A stretch of DNA of 60,682 nt, filler included, from Fonticula-like sp. SCN 57-25 (GCA_001724245.1; 10 parts of 10 records of this genome joined end to end with filler, not necessarily neighbours in it), one strand, 5' to 3'; counted from the whole stretch's first letter, positions 36,254-49,227 are shown. The notes: a model not told the origin generated them from the letters alone. Numbers and translations are program-made.

Positions 36254-36949
36254 TTAGTCCCAGTCGCTCTCGTCGGCGCCTTCCATCTTGTCTTGAGGAA
36301 GCGGCTCTGCATCATCAGTTCTCTTAATGTTCTCCAGCCACGACTTGCCGCCGCTTCCTCCCGCAGCAGCAGCACCGCCAAGTGTGTTGGCGTCGTTCGA
36401 TGCGTACACACTGCGCTGATCGACGCGGCCGATCGTGTCGATCATGTTGCCCTTGCCCTTGGTCTTGATGCGCACCCACTGCCCATCCTCGATCTCGACA
36501 CCGACAAAAGAGTCCTCGGGCATCCACAGCTCAACGCAGTTGGCCGGCGCGCCGCATCCCGGCAGCGATGACGCGAGGGATGCCCGCGCCTGATCTAGGG
36601 GCAGCTCGCCGGATGCCTCGGTCTCCTTGGTCTGATGCGACGTGCGGAGATGGCCAGTGCGGTACAGCTTGGTCTGGCCGGTCGAAAACTCGATTTCGTC
36701 GCCAGAGGGAAGGTAGCGGCGGGTGTAGGCGCGGTCGGGGATGACGCGCAGGACGGCGAAGCGATGCTTGGTGCCGGCCGAGTCGGTGATGGTGTGGCGG
36801 CTGCGGCCTTGATACTGGCCCTCAAGAAGGATGCCGCCGGGGGTGGTGCCCGAGATGGCGGCAGGGGAAAAGACAGAGGGCCACGTGCTGGTGGTGGACT
36901 TTAGGGCAGAGTGCGCCTGCGGCTTGTAGATGGCATGCTCGCGGCTCAT
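36254..36949 (-). CDS. ARPIN: Arpin, Arp2/3 complex inhibitor
   Basis: GILLEG..SRHTITD, LWMPE..VEIEDGQWVRIKTKGKG, GKSWLENI, acidic Arp2/3-binding tail EGADESDWD; collinear with recalled human Arpin. Confidence 0.9.
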   Translation of the reverse strand: MSREHAIYKPQAHSALKSTTSTWPSVFSPAAISGTTPGGILLEGQYQGRSRHTITDSAGTKHRFAVLRVIPDRAYTRRYLPSGDEIEFSTGQTKLYRTGHLRTSHQTKETEASGELPLDQARASLASSLPGCGAPANCVELWMPEDSFVGVEIEDGQWVRIKTKGKGNMIDTIGRVDQRSVYASNDANTLGGAAAAGGSGGKSWLENIKRTDDAEPLPQDKMEGADESDWD

Positions 36950-37515
36950 GTCGGGGATTGTCGCAGGGGATGCCGTCACGTGATGTGGTTTTTTGGATTC
37001 ATCACGTGAGAAGTTAGAAAGGAAGAGCACTAATGGTACCTATGCATGCTGGGTCAAAAAAAAGCATAGAAAAAGAAGTCAAGGCATAATAGTAAAAGGT
37101 CTAGGTGTCACACAAAGCAATTATTTTGCTTGCACTATATTTGATAAAGTTACTTTGCGCCGTTCTCATTTTCGCATTTTGCGGTGTTTTGGGTCAAAAG
37201 CGTAAATCACGTGACGAATCAGGCAGAGTCCCGGTGACTGCGCACAGACGCGATGCCCGACCCACGGTGCGCTCACCTATGATCATCCGGCCACGTGGTT
37301 CAAATTCCAAAGTGAACTGATCAAATCAAGTCAGTTTGTACCCGGCGACGAGCGGATGTCNNNNNNNNNNNNNNNNNNNNNNNNNNNNNNNNNNNNNNNN
37401 NNNNTTAATTAATTAANNNNNNNNNNNNNNNNNNNNNNNNNNNNNNNNNNNNNNNNNNNNATGATGAGAAGGAATGCTGTGAGTGTGCTGTGTATGTTCA
37501 TGTACCGCTGCCGCC

Positions 37516-38660
37516 CTACTCGCACTGTACGACGACGCTCTTGTCGATGAGGTCTGCCACGTTGACGTTGCCCGTGACGACGTTGGCCTCTTGAAGCGTC
37601 CTGACGCACTGTTCGAGCACCGCAATTGACACATTTCTCACGTCGCCCGCGTACTTTACCGTCTTGAACCACTCCTCGACGTCCTCTGGCCGCTGCGCAA
37701 ACGTGCTCGCGACGTACTCTTGCGACTTTCCAGTGTCGCGCTCCTGCATGAACACGCCGCACGCCTCGGACACGGCGTCCCCGAGCCGGCGAACCTCGTC
37801 GGCGCGCTCGCCAATCATCTGCGTGCGCGCGGCGAGCATAAAGGCCGGCCAGGGCGTCGTGATCTGACCGACGCGCTTGATGACGCCACCGTCGTGGAAC
37901 GGCTTGGAAGTAAACGTCTCCCACATAAAGGCGTCCGCCTTGTCGGCGTTGACGCCGTCGCGAAGGCCGGCAAAGTCGCCAAGGATGACAAAGTCAAACG
38001 GCTCCGCCCGCGGCGCCGCGACACTCTGGCCGACAGCGGTGTCGGACGCGAGCCACCCGCGCTGCTGTGCGAGGACAATGCTCATAATGTGGCTGCCGCT
38101 GCCCATGCGCGACACGCCAATGCGGCCGCCGCGGAGCTCGCCGACGTCGGAGACGGGAGAGGAGGCGCCGGCGCTGATCGCCCACGTGAGGGGGGCGTCA
38201 ACGTACGTGCCAATGATCCGAAAGGCATCGTCATTGTCGCGCGCAAGCACTGGAGGAAAAAAGAAAAAAGGGGGAAAAGAAGAAGCACAAGCGAAAATGA
38301 CAAACAGAGGTGGAAAAATAACGAAAAAAAAAGAGAAGCACGGGTTAGCGGCAAGGTACTTTGCGATCGTGCGTCATCGGCGTACTGGCGACAAGGCCTT
38401 CGGTCAAGGCGCATGCGACATCAAGCTCGCCATTCCGAAGCATCTTCACCATCTGCCAAAGAGAGCGCGCAAAGTCAGCAAAGCGGCTACACAGGGGAAG
38501 CACCCGCGTGCGTCGAGATGCGCACCTGGCCGGTGCCACTCGGACACGTCACCAACTCGACCTCGACGCCATGCTTGGCGTATAGGCCGCGATCATGGGC
38601 AAGATGAAGCGGCGACGAAAAGTGCTCCGGGACACAACCCACGCGGATAGCGCGCCCCAT
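37516..38660 (-). CDS. Ca3427-like type-2 periplasmic-binding-fold protein (NMT1/THI5-like superfamily)
   Basis: MGRAIRVGCVPEHFSSPL, CPSGTG|QM..GELDVACALTEGLV, IGVSRMGSGSHIM, ADAFMWETFTSKP, ITTPWPAF; two introns. Confidence 0.88.
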
Positions 38661-39029
38661 TGTGGTGGTTTGTAGAAAGATAAGACGCGGTAACGCGGCC
38701 CGCCAAGCGACAGAGATCAGCCGCTCCTACCCCACACCAAACAGCAGCGCCGCGCGGCGCGGCGTGGAAATTTTCACGTGATCGTGTAGTGTGTCAGCGT
38801 TTGATCGACGAGCCAGCAGGCGCGCAGTCAGCGTTGTGGTGAAGACCCAGCTGGTGAGGGGGCAAGTAGCGACGTGTAGTCGAGTGCACGGCAGGCCAGG
38901 AGACTACAGACAGCGTGCTCTGCGCCTGTCTTACCAGGGTTGATAAAGGGGTGGTGTGATCGTCACCCTGCTCTAATTAAAGGGTGTACCCCTCGGTCCA
39001 TTGCATTGTCAGCAGAAGGTGTTGGCGTG

Positions 39030-40178
39030 ATGAGCGGGGCGATGCGGTGCTTGCAGGTGGCGGGGCGCGTGATCCCTCTCGTTGTCGTGAGCATACTTAT
39101 ATTGAGTACTGCGGTAATGACGATAGTGTCGGTCAGCGGTGCGTAGGCCAAATCTCTCTTTGCCGTGCTGACGCGCGCTTGGCAGTCCGCGGCATCGGCC
39201 TCTACGACTACCCCACTAGCAGTACGACGTGACGCATCTCTCTCGCTCCATTGCCAATTGACCAACTATTTCTTCCTTTTTGGTCTTTCATTGCGACTGA
39301 TCCCTTCCGATAGTATTCATATGCGTCGTGACCCCCCTGCTCATGCTGTTCACGTTCGTTTCGTTCCTTCAGGCTGCACTTCGGCGACCGCACGGCGCGC
39401 CTGCAGAGTTCCGCTTCCCTCTGGACGAGTACCGCGACCTTGATAATTCTCCTGCGTCGGTGCAGGCGATGATATGCGATCGCCTCCAGTATCCGATTGA
39501 GCTCGTTGAGGTGCACGAGGACGGCCGACTACGGTACTGCGTAAAGTGCGAGGCCGTGAAGCCTGATCGCGCGCACCACTGCAGCATGTGCGACGTGTGC
39601 GTGCTGCGGATGGACCACCACTGCGGCTTTCTTGGGAACTGCGTCGGCGCGCAGAACCACAGATACTTTTTGCAGATGACCGTGTACGGGTCCTTGTACG
39701 CGATCTTTACTCTCGCAGCCATCGGCTACGCCATGTCGATCAGCAATGAAGTGCGCCGCTTTGCCTATTTCCCTGTGAAATTACGCATAAAACGAATGAA
39801 TTAACCAGTTGTGTCTGCTCAGCGCACGCCATTGATATGGATCCTCCTGCTCGTGTTTGCGTGCGTCTTTTCAATCACGCTCCCGGGATTCTCCGGGTTC
39901 CACATCTACCTCATCTGCCGCAACCGCACGACGCTCGACAACATGTCAGAGTCTTCGTCGGAGAGGAGCGCCGTCGCGAGGTGCGCTCGCTCGTGTGCCG
40001 CTCATTGCCACTGACACAAAGTAGGTACGATCTGGGCGCGGCCAAGAATTGGCGGCAAATCATGGGGGACAGCCCGCTTATGTGGTTCCTACCGCTGCCG
40101 CTGCCCGGGGAGGGTAAGCGTTTGGCGGGCGTTGCGTTTGAGACACGCCTGCTCAGCCGATTGCAGAGCAATCCGTAA
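39030..40178 (+). CDS. DHHC palmitoyltransferase (ZDHHC2/15/20, Pfa3-like)
   Basis: RYCVKCEAVKPDRAHHCSMCDVCVLRMDHHCGFLGNCVGAQNHRYF, NRTTLD, YDLGAAKNWRQIMG..WFLP; four TM segments. Confidence 0.93.
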
Positions 40179-40721
40179 ATTGTAGTTTGTTTACATTCTT
40201 TAGACGTTCAATAGACACGTATTCCGTGCTTCTGTGTGCGTCTACACGGAGAATTGGAATAATTAAAATATACGAGGCGCCTTTTGCGGTAATTGAACAG
40301 ACGGTTACACGCAAAGAGTTTCTCCGAGCCGCCAGGGGCACAGCTACCTCCAAACCATTGGGAGACATGCCAATTAGTACTCGATTGAACCGAGAATCAG
40401 GGCATCCGAGCACACGGGCGGCATCGCTCAGCATCATTTGACGGATGCGGCTGTTTCTCTTGCCTTGCAAGCGCCACGCGCAGCCTTTTGCCTCGCACGC
40501 CTTGCCGCAACCGACGTCGGCAGGTATGGCGTCGGCGTCGGCGTATTTATGTCATTGTTTATGTCAGCAAAGCGTGTTTCATTCGACAAATCGGCGTTTA
40601 GCAGAAAGCATGACACACGTTTCAAGCAGGGGTCTCGCCCAGGGGCCAGGGTCCTTGTTGATGCCAAAGAACTCGCGCTTCTGTTTGTCAGCGGTACGTT
40701 TTCTAATGCGCGGGCTCGTCA

Positions 40722-43192
40722 ATGGACGACCATGAGATCGCGCTGTTTGAGCCGCAGGTGATTGTGGTCAAGAGAGAATGCGCCATCGCGGCAGGGGTGT
40801 TTGCCGCCACGGCTTCGTGGCTGCTCTCGGGCAGCCCCGAGGCGGCGGTGATGATGCTGGCCGCGACGGTGCCGCTCTGCGCTGTGGGCGCTTTTTACAA
40901 GAAAGGAAGTATTAATTGTTTTTTGGCCTTTGTGGCTGCGGTTGGGCGAGCGACTTTTGTTGTCGCGCTTGCCTTGCATGGGGCCGGCCTGCATGCCATC
41001 TGGGTCGCTGGCTTGCTGGCCAGCCGAGTGGCGTCGACCGCGCTCATTCTGCGCGGTGGAAGGGGGCGGGGCGCGTCGATAGCCGCCGCCTTGGAAGTCA
41101 CATTTGACTGTGTCATCTCTGCGGCCATTCCGCTTGGCGGCATCGGGGTTGCCGTGCAGATCTCATCTCTGCTCCAGATATTGGTGCTGCTCGAAATGGA
41201 GCGGCGCACCGTCGACAAAGCAAAGGATCTTTTAGTGAATGAGCGGAAGGTGGTCGACAACCGCACTTCCTATCTAAACTGTTTTTCGCACGAACTGCGG
41301 CTGCCGCTTCAGAGCATCACTGCTGCGTCGTCGCTTCTCGCCCTCCAGCGGTATGGGCAAATATTGTCCTTCAGTTTGCTTATTGAAAGATTATGATAGG
41401 GAGAGCGAGCGTATGTCTGTGGAGAGCCGCGTGCTGCTTGGCACCCTGCAGGCCTCGAGCGAGAACGCGATGGGCCTCCTTGACGAGTTCCTCATCATGT
41501 CGCGCATCCGGGAAGGCAAGCCGTCGCTCGTAGAGATCCGCGAATTCGACCTGTTCATTCTTGTCGAGTCGGTGGTTTTCACGATGGGCACGCTCGCCGA
41601 CGCGCGCGACATTGACCTCTCCGTCTACATTGACCCCGCGCTCGAGCCGTACCAGATGCTCGTCGGCGACGACACCCGCGTCGGGCACATCCTGACCAAC
41701 CTCTTGTCAAACGCCATAAAGTACACCGAGCCGGGCGGACACGTGGTCGTCATCGTTGTCCCGAACGTCGCCAAAGAGGAAAGCGCGCCGGGCGATCCCG
41801 TATCTATCAACTTTATCGTCTGCGACACGTACGCAGCTTGTTCATTTGGGTATGTTCATTTGATATGCTGACTATCTTGATTTCGATCAGAGGGCGCGGC
41901 ATCTCGCCCGAGTTTTTCCCGCACCTCTTCGACGCCTTTTTCCGCGAAGTTCCGTCGGATTTGAGCCGCGTTCCCACCGCGTCGACCCCCACGCCCAACT
42001 TTCTTGCGGAGCCGAGCGAGTGCCCCCTCTCGTCCGAGCTGCGCGGCATGCTCAACATGCCGATCCTGATGCGGCCGACGGCGGCCCCCCCGGTGGAGAA
42101 GAAGCCCACAGCGAGCAACAATCACCTGCCGTATGAGCCGCAAAGCCACGGCTACGGCCTCGCGATTGTGTGGCGGCTGGTGAGCGTGCTGGGCGGCAAG
42201 ATCAGCGTGTGCAGCCGTGTCGGAGTCGGGAGCTCTTTTATGGTCAAGGTGCCGCTGCTGCGCGCGCCGGCGACCGAGGACGCCCCACAGGCGCACCCGG
42301 CGCGGGACGGCGAGCCGGCGCCGTTCATGAGCAGGAACTTTGCCGAACACGTGCGCCAGTTCTCCGCCCACCGGGCCGTCGTGGTGGCCTTGCGCCTGCC
42401 GCTCATCGGCGGCCTCGCTGCAAACTGCGCTGCAAACATGAAAGCATGGGGGATCGATGTCGCGCTGCTGCCGCATGACTGCCCCGCCAACGTGATCCCG
42501 GCGGCGGACCTCCTCGTCATCAGCGACATTGAAATGTTTTCCGTGCTCGCCCGCATGGCTCCCGAGAGGCGGCCCTGCCACTACGTGCTCCTGCTCGCGT
42601 CCATGCGCCAGCTCGCAAAGCTTGACCCGTCGCTCGCGCGCAGCAGGATGCCAGCGACGCTCACAATGTCGCTGCCGATGGGCGCCGCCACGCTCGCGCG
42701 GTGCCTCTTGAGGCTTTTTCTCGAGATGGCGGGAAGGATGGGCGACGCAAACATTGCGCTGCCGCTCAACGCGATCCACCAGGTGCGACTCATGTCGACC
42801 TTTGGGAGACGACTTTCCTGTGTGGCCGACGGCGAAGATGGCGACAATGAGGAAGTTGACGACATTGGCGATGAAACTCGAGACGCTGCCGCCAGTCAAA
42901 AGAGTAAGGCCAAAGAGGCTGGGCTCAAGCGGCGACATGCGCCGTCATCGCCCCCCACGGCGGCAGCACTTGATGAAGCGGGCCACCAGAAAGAGGCCCA
43001 CCTGCCGGCCGCGCTCGTGTGCGATGACAATGACGTCAACAGGCAGCTTCTCGTCAAGGTCCTGGAAAAGATGGGCCTGCGGGTGCTGCAGGCCGTCAAC
43101 GGCCGCGCCGCGCTGGAGCTCTACAAGGAGCGGTCCGCGTCGATAGAGCTCATCCTGATGGATATCCTGATGCCCGTCATGGGCGGGCTCGA
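40722..43192 (+). CDS. Membrane hybrid sensor histidine kinase (HisKA - HATPase_c - receiver); 3' truncated, start uncertain
   Basis: Hydrophobic helices, H-box FSHELRLPL, N-box ILTNLLSNAIKYT, CDT|GRGI, GYGLAIV..LGGKISV, receiver VCDDNDVN..LILMDILMPVMGG. Confidence 0.92.
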
Positions 43193-43292
43193 NNNNNNNN
43201 NNNNNNNNNNNNNNNNNNNNNNNNNNNNNNNNNNNNTTAATTAATTAANNNNNNNNNNNNNNNNNNNNNNNNNNNNNNNNNNNNNNNNNNNN

Positions 43293-43386
43293 AAAACGCG
43301 TTCAGCAGCGCGCTACCCACAAAGGCAAATACAAGCAGGGCCGTCAAGCGGGCAATGGGCCCACGAGGGCTCAGCCGCTCCATCAT
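43293..43386 (-). CDS. 5' end of an unidentified type II membrane or secreted protein
   Basis: MMERLSPRGPIARLTALLVFAFVGSALLNAF runs into the spacer; CCAATCA boxes upstream. Confidence 0.4.
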
Positions 43387-43882
43387 CTTTGCCAGAGGAC
43401 CACACGGCGACGGTCAACCTGCCACTTTCCGTATCGCCCAATCATCCGTCATGCTCAATTTGGCAGGTTGAAGAGTCAACCGACCAATCAGATCGCTTTC
43501 CCAGGCCTAATCTGCGTCGTCGATTGCGGTAGGCTGAAATTGTCAAAAATGGTAGCCCTTTTCTCGTTCAAGCATTACCATTTTTGGCAGGCCTTTTTTT
43601 TTCTTCGCCACGATGCCGATTGACTCGCGCCCAGCAACTTGTTTGTCTCATGCCAAGGACTGTGGCAATGCTATCAGATTGTGTACATCTGCCCGAAAGC
43701 AGGCACGCGGCGCCCTGCAGGCACCTCATTGTGAAACACTGTACAATTAACGAGAAGCGTCGGCTCGGCGATTTCTCGGAGTCACAGGAGTCGCGGCCCC
43801 CTCCCCTTGAAACGTCCTGCCGCACGCATAATTATGAAAGTGCCATCCAACGGGCCCCTGACAGGCAGATCACGTGGCCACG

Positions 43883-45701
43883 ATGAAGTTTGCGGGGGCG
43901 GCGCTCGTCCTCGCGCTGCTGACAGCGTTTGTGGTGCACGGCTACGTTGAATTTTCGGTAAAGATCCGCTCGCCGCACGTTGCTCGAGTGGTATGTCACA
44001 GCTTGGGCAGGGTTTGTTATGGCGCGATGGCTAATCATTTGCGTAGCCCGAGACATCAGTGGAGGGCAGCAAGGAGCTGACCGAGCATGGGGCCGAGTTT
44101 GCGCGCCGGATCGAGCGTGTTTCGGAGAACGTCGTCGTTGCTGTCGGCTATGCGCTTGCCAACAGCATCATGATTGAGGGCGACGACGGCGTTATTATTG
44201 TTGACACGACAGAGACGAACCAGCTTGCGCGCGCCGTCAAGGAAGATTTTTTGGCGCTCGTGCCGGGCAAGCCGATCAAGGCCATTGTCCTCACGCATAA
44301 CCACGCCGACCATGTGTACGGTGTCCAGGAGATGATGCGCGGAGCCCCTACGCCGCCCGAGATTATCGCGCACTCTTCGTTGAACGAGCTCGTTCGCCAC
44401 AGCCTGAGTGTTGTCTCGCACATTACCTTTACGCGCAGCATGCGCCAGTTTGGCGCGCTCCTTCACAAGGATGACCAACTGAATTCGGGCATTGGACCTT
44501 CACTGGAGGACGGCCGCCACGGCGAGTTTGGCATTGTCCACCCGACGATCACCTTTGATGACTCGCTCAACATTACGATCGCCGGCGTCGAGCTCGAGCT
44601 CTTCCACTGCCCCGGCGAGACCAATGACCAGATCTGCCTGTTCATCCCGTCGACCAGGGTGCTCGTCGCGGCCGACAACTACTACAAGGCCTTTCCGAAT
44701 CTCTACGCTATCCGCGGAACGCCGACGCGCGACGCGATGCAGTGGGCCCGCTCGCTCGACCGCATGCGCCGCTTCAAGGCCGCCGCGATGGTGCCGTGCC
44801 ACAGCGCGCCCATCACTGGTGCCGCCGAGGTCGAGACGCGTCTTCGCAACTACCGCGATGCCATCCAGTACGTGCACGATCAGACGGTAACCGCGGGCTG
44901 CAGCCGCTCGACATCGCCGCCAAGGTGACACTGCCGCCGCACCTGCGCGACCTCCCGTACCTGCGCCCCTTCTACGGCACGGTCGAGTGGTCCGTCCGCG
45001 CAATCTTTGACTCTTACATGGGCTGGTTTGGCGGCGACGCCGTTGACCTTTGGCCGCTGCAGCCCTCTGAGCGAGCGCGCCGCCTGGCCGAGCTCCTTGG
45101 TAGCGAGCGCGCCCTCAAAAAGGCCGCGTTGGACGCTTTCGACCCCAAGGACCCGCAATGGGCGCTCGAGCTCGCAACAACGTTCCTCGCCCTGCGCCCC
45201 GATGACGCCGACATCCGTGACCTGCGCGCGCGCTGCCTCAGCGCCCACGCGGCGCTTCAGATTAGTGCCAATGGACGCAACTACTTTACGACGCAGGCGC
45301 TCGAGGTGAACTCTGACCTCGACATCAGGCCGTCGAGGGCGCAGGTGCGCGTGAGCATTCGCGACGCCGAGCCGCAGGACATTTTCCGCGCCATGGCGGT
45401 CAATCTCATTGCCGAGCGCGCTCTCCTCGTGGACATGACTGTTCAGATTGTGTTTACAGACCGGGGCGAAAAAATCCGCCTGCATATCCGCCGCGGCATT
45501 TGCGACGTGCAGTCGGGCCCGTTCGAGGAGCCGGACCCCGAAGAGCAGGTCATCACAACGCTCGACGGCTGGAGGGCCATTGTGGCCGGCGACGCGTCGC
45601 CTATCACTGCCATCGCATCGGGTCAGCTGAAGACCACCGGCTCGTCGTCCCAGCTGCTGCGCTTCCTGACGCTCTTTGACAAACCCGATGTTCGTCCCTA
45701 G
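43883..45701 (+). CDS. Alkyl/aryl sulfatase (SdsA1/Bds1-type metallo-beta-lactamase with SCP2-like C-domain); frameshift at ~44888
   Basis: Signal peptide, intron ~43991-44046, THNHADHVYG, CPGETNDQ, AFPNLYAIRGT, YRDAIQYVHDQT, LRPFYGTVEWSVRAIF..YMGWFGG, SANGRNYF. Confidence 0.9.
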
Positions 45702-45828
45702 ATTTGTACTTTAATGAATTCCCTTTGTGCTGATTGGTTGATACCCACCTCGTCGCGCTTTTGATTGGCCCATCTGAAGGAATGCTCAGTTCGTGTTTTC
45801 GCCTGCCCCTTCAACTTTGACCGGCAGC

Positions 45829-47434
45829 ATGGTGAACTACTGCCCAAAGTGCGGCGATATCGTCAAGGGATCGTGCTCCAAATGCGCCTCCGCTGGCCTT
45901 GCGCAAAAGGCCGACAGCTTTGCCGCTGACGGCGATGCGCCGGTCTCGGTTCAGTACACGGATGCGTACGTTTCGTCCGGCCTCGAGGAGGACATGGACA
46001 CTGGCCTGCGCCGCATGGCCGACGTCCGTCCCGAGTTGCAGGACAAGGACTGCTACCACTGCAACCGCAAGTGCACGGGCGGCGCTGTCGCCGGCCCGTA
46101 CGGCCCCAACCGCGGCAAGCCCTTCTGCCAGACGTGCTTTGCCAACATTTACGACCGCGAAAAGTGCGAAAAGTGCGGCAAGTCGATCCTCGGCTCCAAC
46201 GAGGAGTGGGTCGAGCAGGACGGGAAGAAGTACCACGGCAGCTGCTTTGAGGACAAGGACTGCGAGTTCTGCCACCAGCCGATCATTGGCAGCGGTCTCG
46301 AAGCCAACGGCAAAATGTACCACCCCAACTGCTTCACCTGCGAGGAGTGCCAGAAGCCCATCGCCGGCGGCGCCTACGCCATTTTCCGCGGTGCGCCGTA
46401 CTGCCAGCCCTGCCACTCGGAGGTGGCCGGCAAGCCCAAGGCCAGCAGCGTGTCTTCGTCAAAGACGTATGCCGCGCGCACCCTAGATCTCCCCGCTAAC
46501 CTTACACTCCCAGTGTGGTCCCCGACAATGAGGAGAACAGGCGCATCGACAGGAACAATGCTGCCGTGCAGGACCGCCGCAGCGAGCTCGATGAGCTTCG
46601 TAAGCAGATCCACGTTGGCCTCAACGAGCACTGCGCGCAGTGCCAGAAGGAGCTTCTCGTACGCTCGCTTTATGTTTCTCAATTTTCTCTGACGGCTTTG
46701 TAGACCGGCGCCATTGTCATGAATGGTCTGCGCTACCACCAGGAGTGCTTTGTGTGCGCGCACTGCGGCAAGGATTTCCCCGATCTCTCGTATGTTGAGG
46801 AGGACGGCGAGCCCTACCACGAGGAGGTGTGTTTTTGTTTGGACTGCCCGCGCCTCTGCTAACACCCTTCCGCAGTGCATTGACAAGTTGCACGAGTCGT
46901 CGGCGCCCACGTGCGGCTTCTGTAACAAGGCGCTCAGTGGAAAGTATGTTGATATCAATGGCTCGCGCATCCACTCTTCGGTACGACGCTTCCTCTCGCC
47001 TTTTCCGCCGCTAACCGTCCTCGCAGTGCTTCAACTGCACTGGCTGCAAGAAGAACCTTGTTGGCGTCGCCTTTGGCGAGGTCAAGGACCAGCCCTACTG
47101 CGATGCCTGCATGGTCAAGGCTGCCCCGCGCAACAGCGCGACGCACACGAACCAGTTCACGCCTGGCTTCACGGTGAACCCGCTCACGCTCGAGAAGCAG
47201 GAGCGCGCCTTTGGCGGCGCCCGCCTCGGCGGCCGCCCTCCGGGCATCGGCGGTGGCGACAAGTGCCAGCGCTGCGAAAAGGTCGTGTACATGTCCGAGA
47301 AGGTGCCCGGCCCGGTCAACACGGTGTACCACCGCAAGTGCCTGACATGCAAGACGTGCAGCAAGCCGCTGGATAGCAACGCGCCCGTCAAGAACAACGA
47401 GGTGTACTGCCGCGGTTGCCTGCAGCGCGCCTGA
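45829..47434 (+). CDS. Multi-LIM-domain cytoskeletal protein
   Basis: About five to six LIM/half-LIM units (CEFCHQPI..YHPNCFTCEEC..YCQPCH; final CQRCEKVVY..YHRKCLTCKTC..YCRGC) over four short introns. Confidence 0.9.
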
Positions 47435-47514
47435 GCGAGTCAGCCGGAATAGCCATAGCCATTTGCATTTAAGAAATTTTATTTGAAAGCCAGAAATACA
47501 CTTTGATTGACATT

Positions 47515-49024
47515 TTATGCGCTGGAAAAGGCCGCACTGATTACTACAATGATGGAAATGATGAGGGATGCAGAAACAAGGCCGTAGACGACCGAAAGGG
47601 GCTTTTCGTATGTGCGCTTGACGTCGCCCCCGCTCGACGGCGGCAGCGCGTGGTACGCAACGTCGCTATCGTCGTTAATGGAGCTTTGCTGCTCGGATGG
47701 CGACCCCACGTGCAACTCCATGGCGATGCCGTAGATGAGCGTCGCGCCGACCCACGCAGACAGAAGGATGTAGGACGTCGTGCCGGCCCCGATGTGCGCA
47801 AGCCCCAAGTAAAACTCGGCGATGACCAGCAGCAAAAGAGCGCGCCCGATGAACCAGTGGAGCTTGTCGGGGAAGAGGCGCGGGCCGACACCAGCTTTCC
47901 AGGTGGCGTTCGAGACAACGCCGAGAATCACCTGCGTGACGGTCAACGCCATGATGGTGATGCCGACGGCGGCGTGCGCGGTTGGTTGGTACGAACCCAC
48001 GTCGACAAAAATGATGATAAATGCCGCAATAGTTAAGGCAAAGGAGGCGCTGAGGGCCGCGCGGTGAATGTAAAACCACTTTGGCAGGAGCACTTTGAGG
48101 TGACGGGCGATAAAGACGCTCGGGAAGGCGATGAGGGCCCACGACACGAGCATGATCACCGCGTGAACGAGAGCGAGACTCACGCCACTAGCCGACACTT
48201 CCACGGGCGGCGGCACGATCACGGCGTTCTCCATGAAATTAACTTCCACTTCGCCCACCGAGCCGGGCGAGTGCTTGGAAATGTCGCTACCGTCGGCGGC
48301 CAGGTTTCCCCACGCATAGGCCAAAAAGATGGTGCGATTCTGAATGTCGTTGTCGTGAATGTCGCCTGTCACGGCCTTGCGCGAAAACTGGAACCGAGTG
48401 TGGGTGCCGTTGACCACCGAGCCGCTCGTGGCAAAGAGGTCGTCGGTACCGCCGAGGCTCACGTCCGACACGGGGCGCGTTGCATCGCGGCTGGCGCTAT
48501 TCGTCCGGTCGCTAATAACAAGCTGTCCCGACGCGTCGATCCAGCCGATGACAAAGTCGCCGTCGCCCATGATCGGCTTGAGGTTGAGGCCAATGCCCAC
48601 CCAGCCGAGACCCTTCCCAGTAACCTCAAAGGTCGCCTCGCTGAGGTCGTCGCTAAAGCCCCAGCGAGCTGCGTAATCCCCGGTCGCAAGGCTAAATTCT
48701 GACGGAAGCGGGTCCTGAACGTCCACCTGCGCGGCCCACGACGCGCCCTCGTCGAGCGAAACAGAGATGCTTTGGATATCAAAGGCATCAACAAAGTCCT
48801 CCATGTTTGCGCGGCCAGGGAGCGATGCGGTCAGCACGTTGCCCACAAGGGTTGCAGACACGCGCAGCGCGCGCTTGCTGCTCCCAAACACCCAGCCACT
48901 AATATCGCCATTCTCCAGCAAGATTCACGACACCGTGTTCTCCGCGGCGCTCGTGGTTTTACCAATTGCAAGCAAAACATGATTCAAGGGGGCGCCAGCT
49001 GGAAGGTTGACCGACACTGTCAAA
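47515..49024 (-). CDS. DOMON plus cytochrome b561 protein (FRRS1-like ferric reductase); 5' truncated
   Basis: GWVGIGL..MGDGDFVIGW..FQFSRK..AYAWG..KH (DOMON heme ligands); HAVIMLVSW, WFYIHRA, HAAVG, LHWFIGR (four b561 His). Confidence 0.9.
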
Positions 49025-49227
49025 NNNNNNNNNNNNNNNNNNNNNNNNNNNNNNNNNNNNNNNNNNNNTTAATTAATTAANNNNNNNNNNNNNNNNNNNN
49101 NNNNNNNNNNNNNNNNNNNNNNNNTGATGTCCGTATCTCATTATCACTTTCAAGTGATACTGTTGTCCTTTTCACTTTGCCCACGATACATTACCCGCAT
49201 TGTATTAATTTACTCGCTACTCACTTG

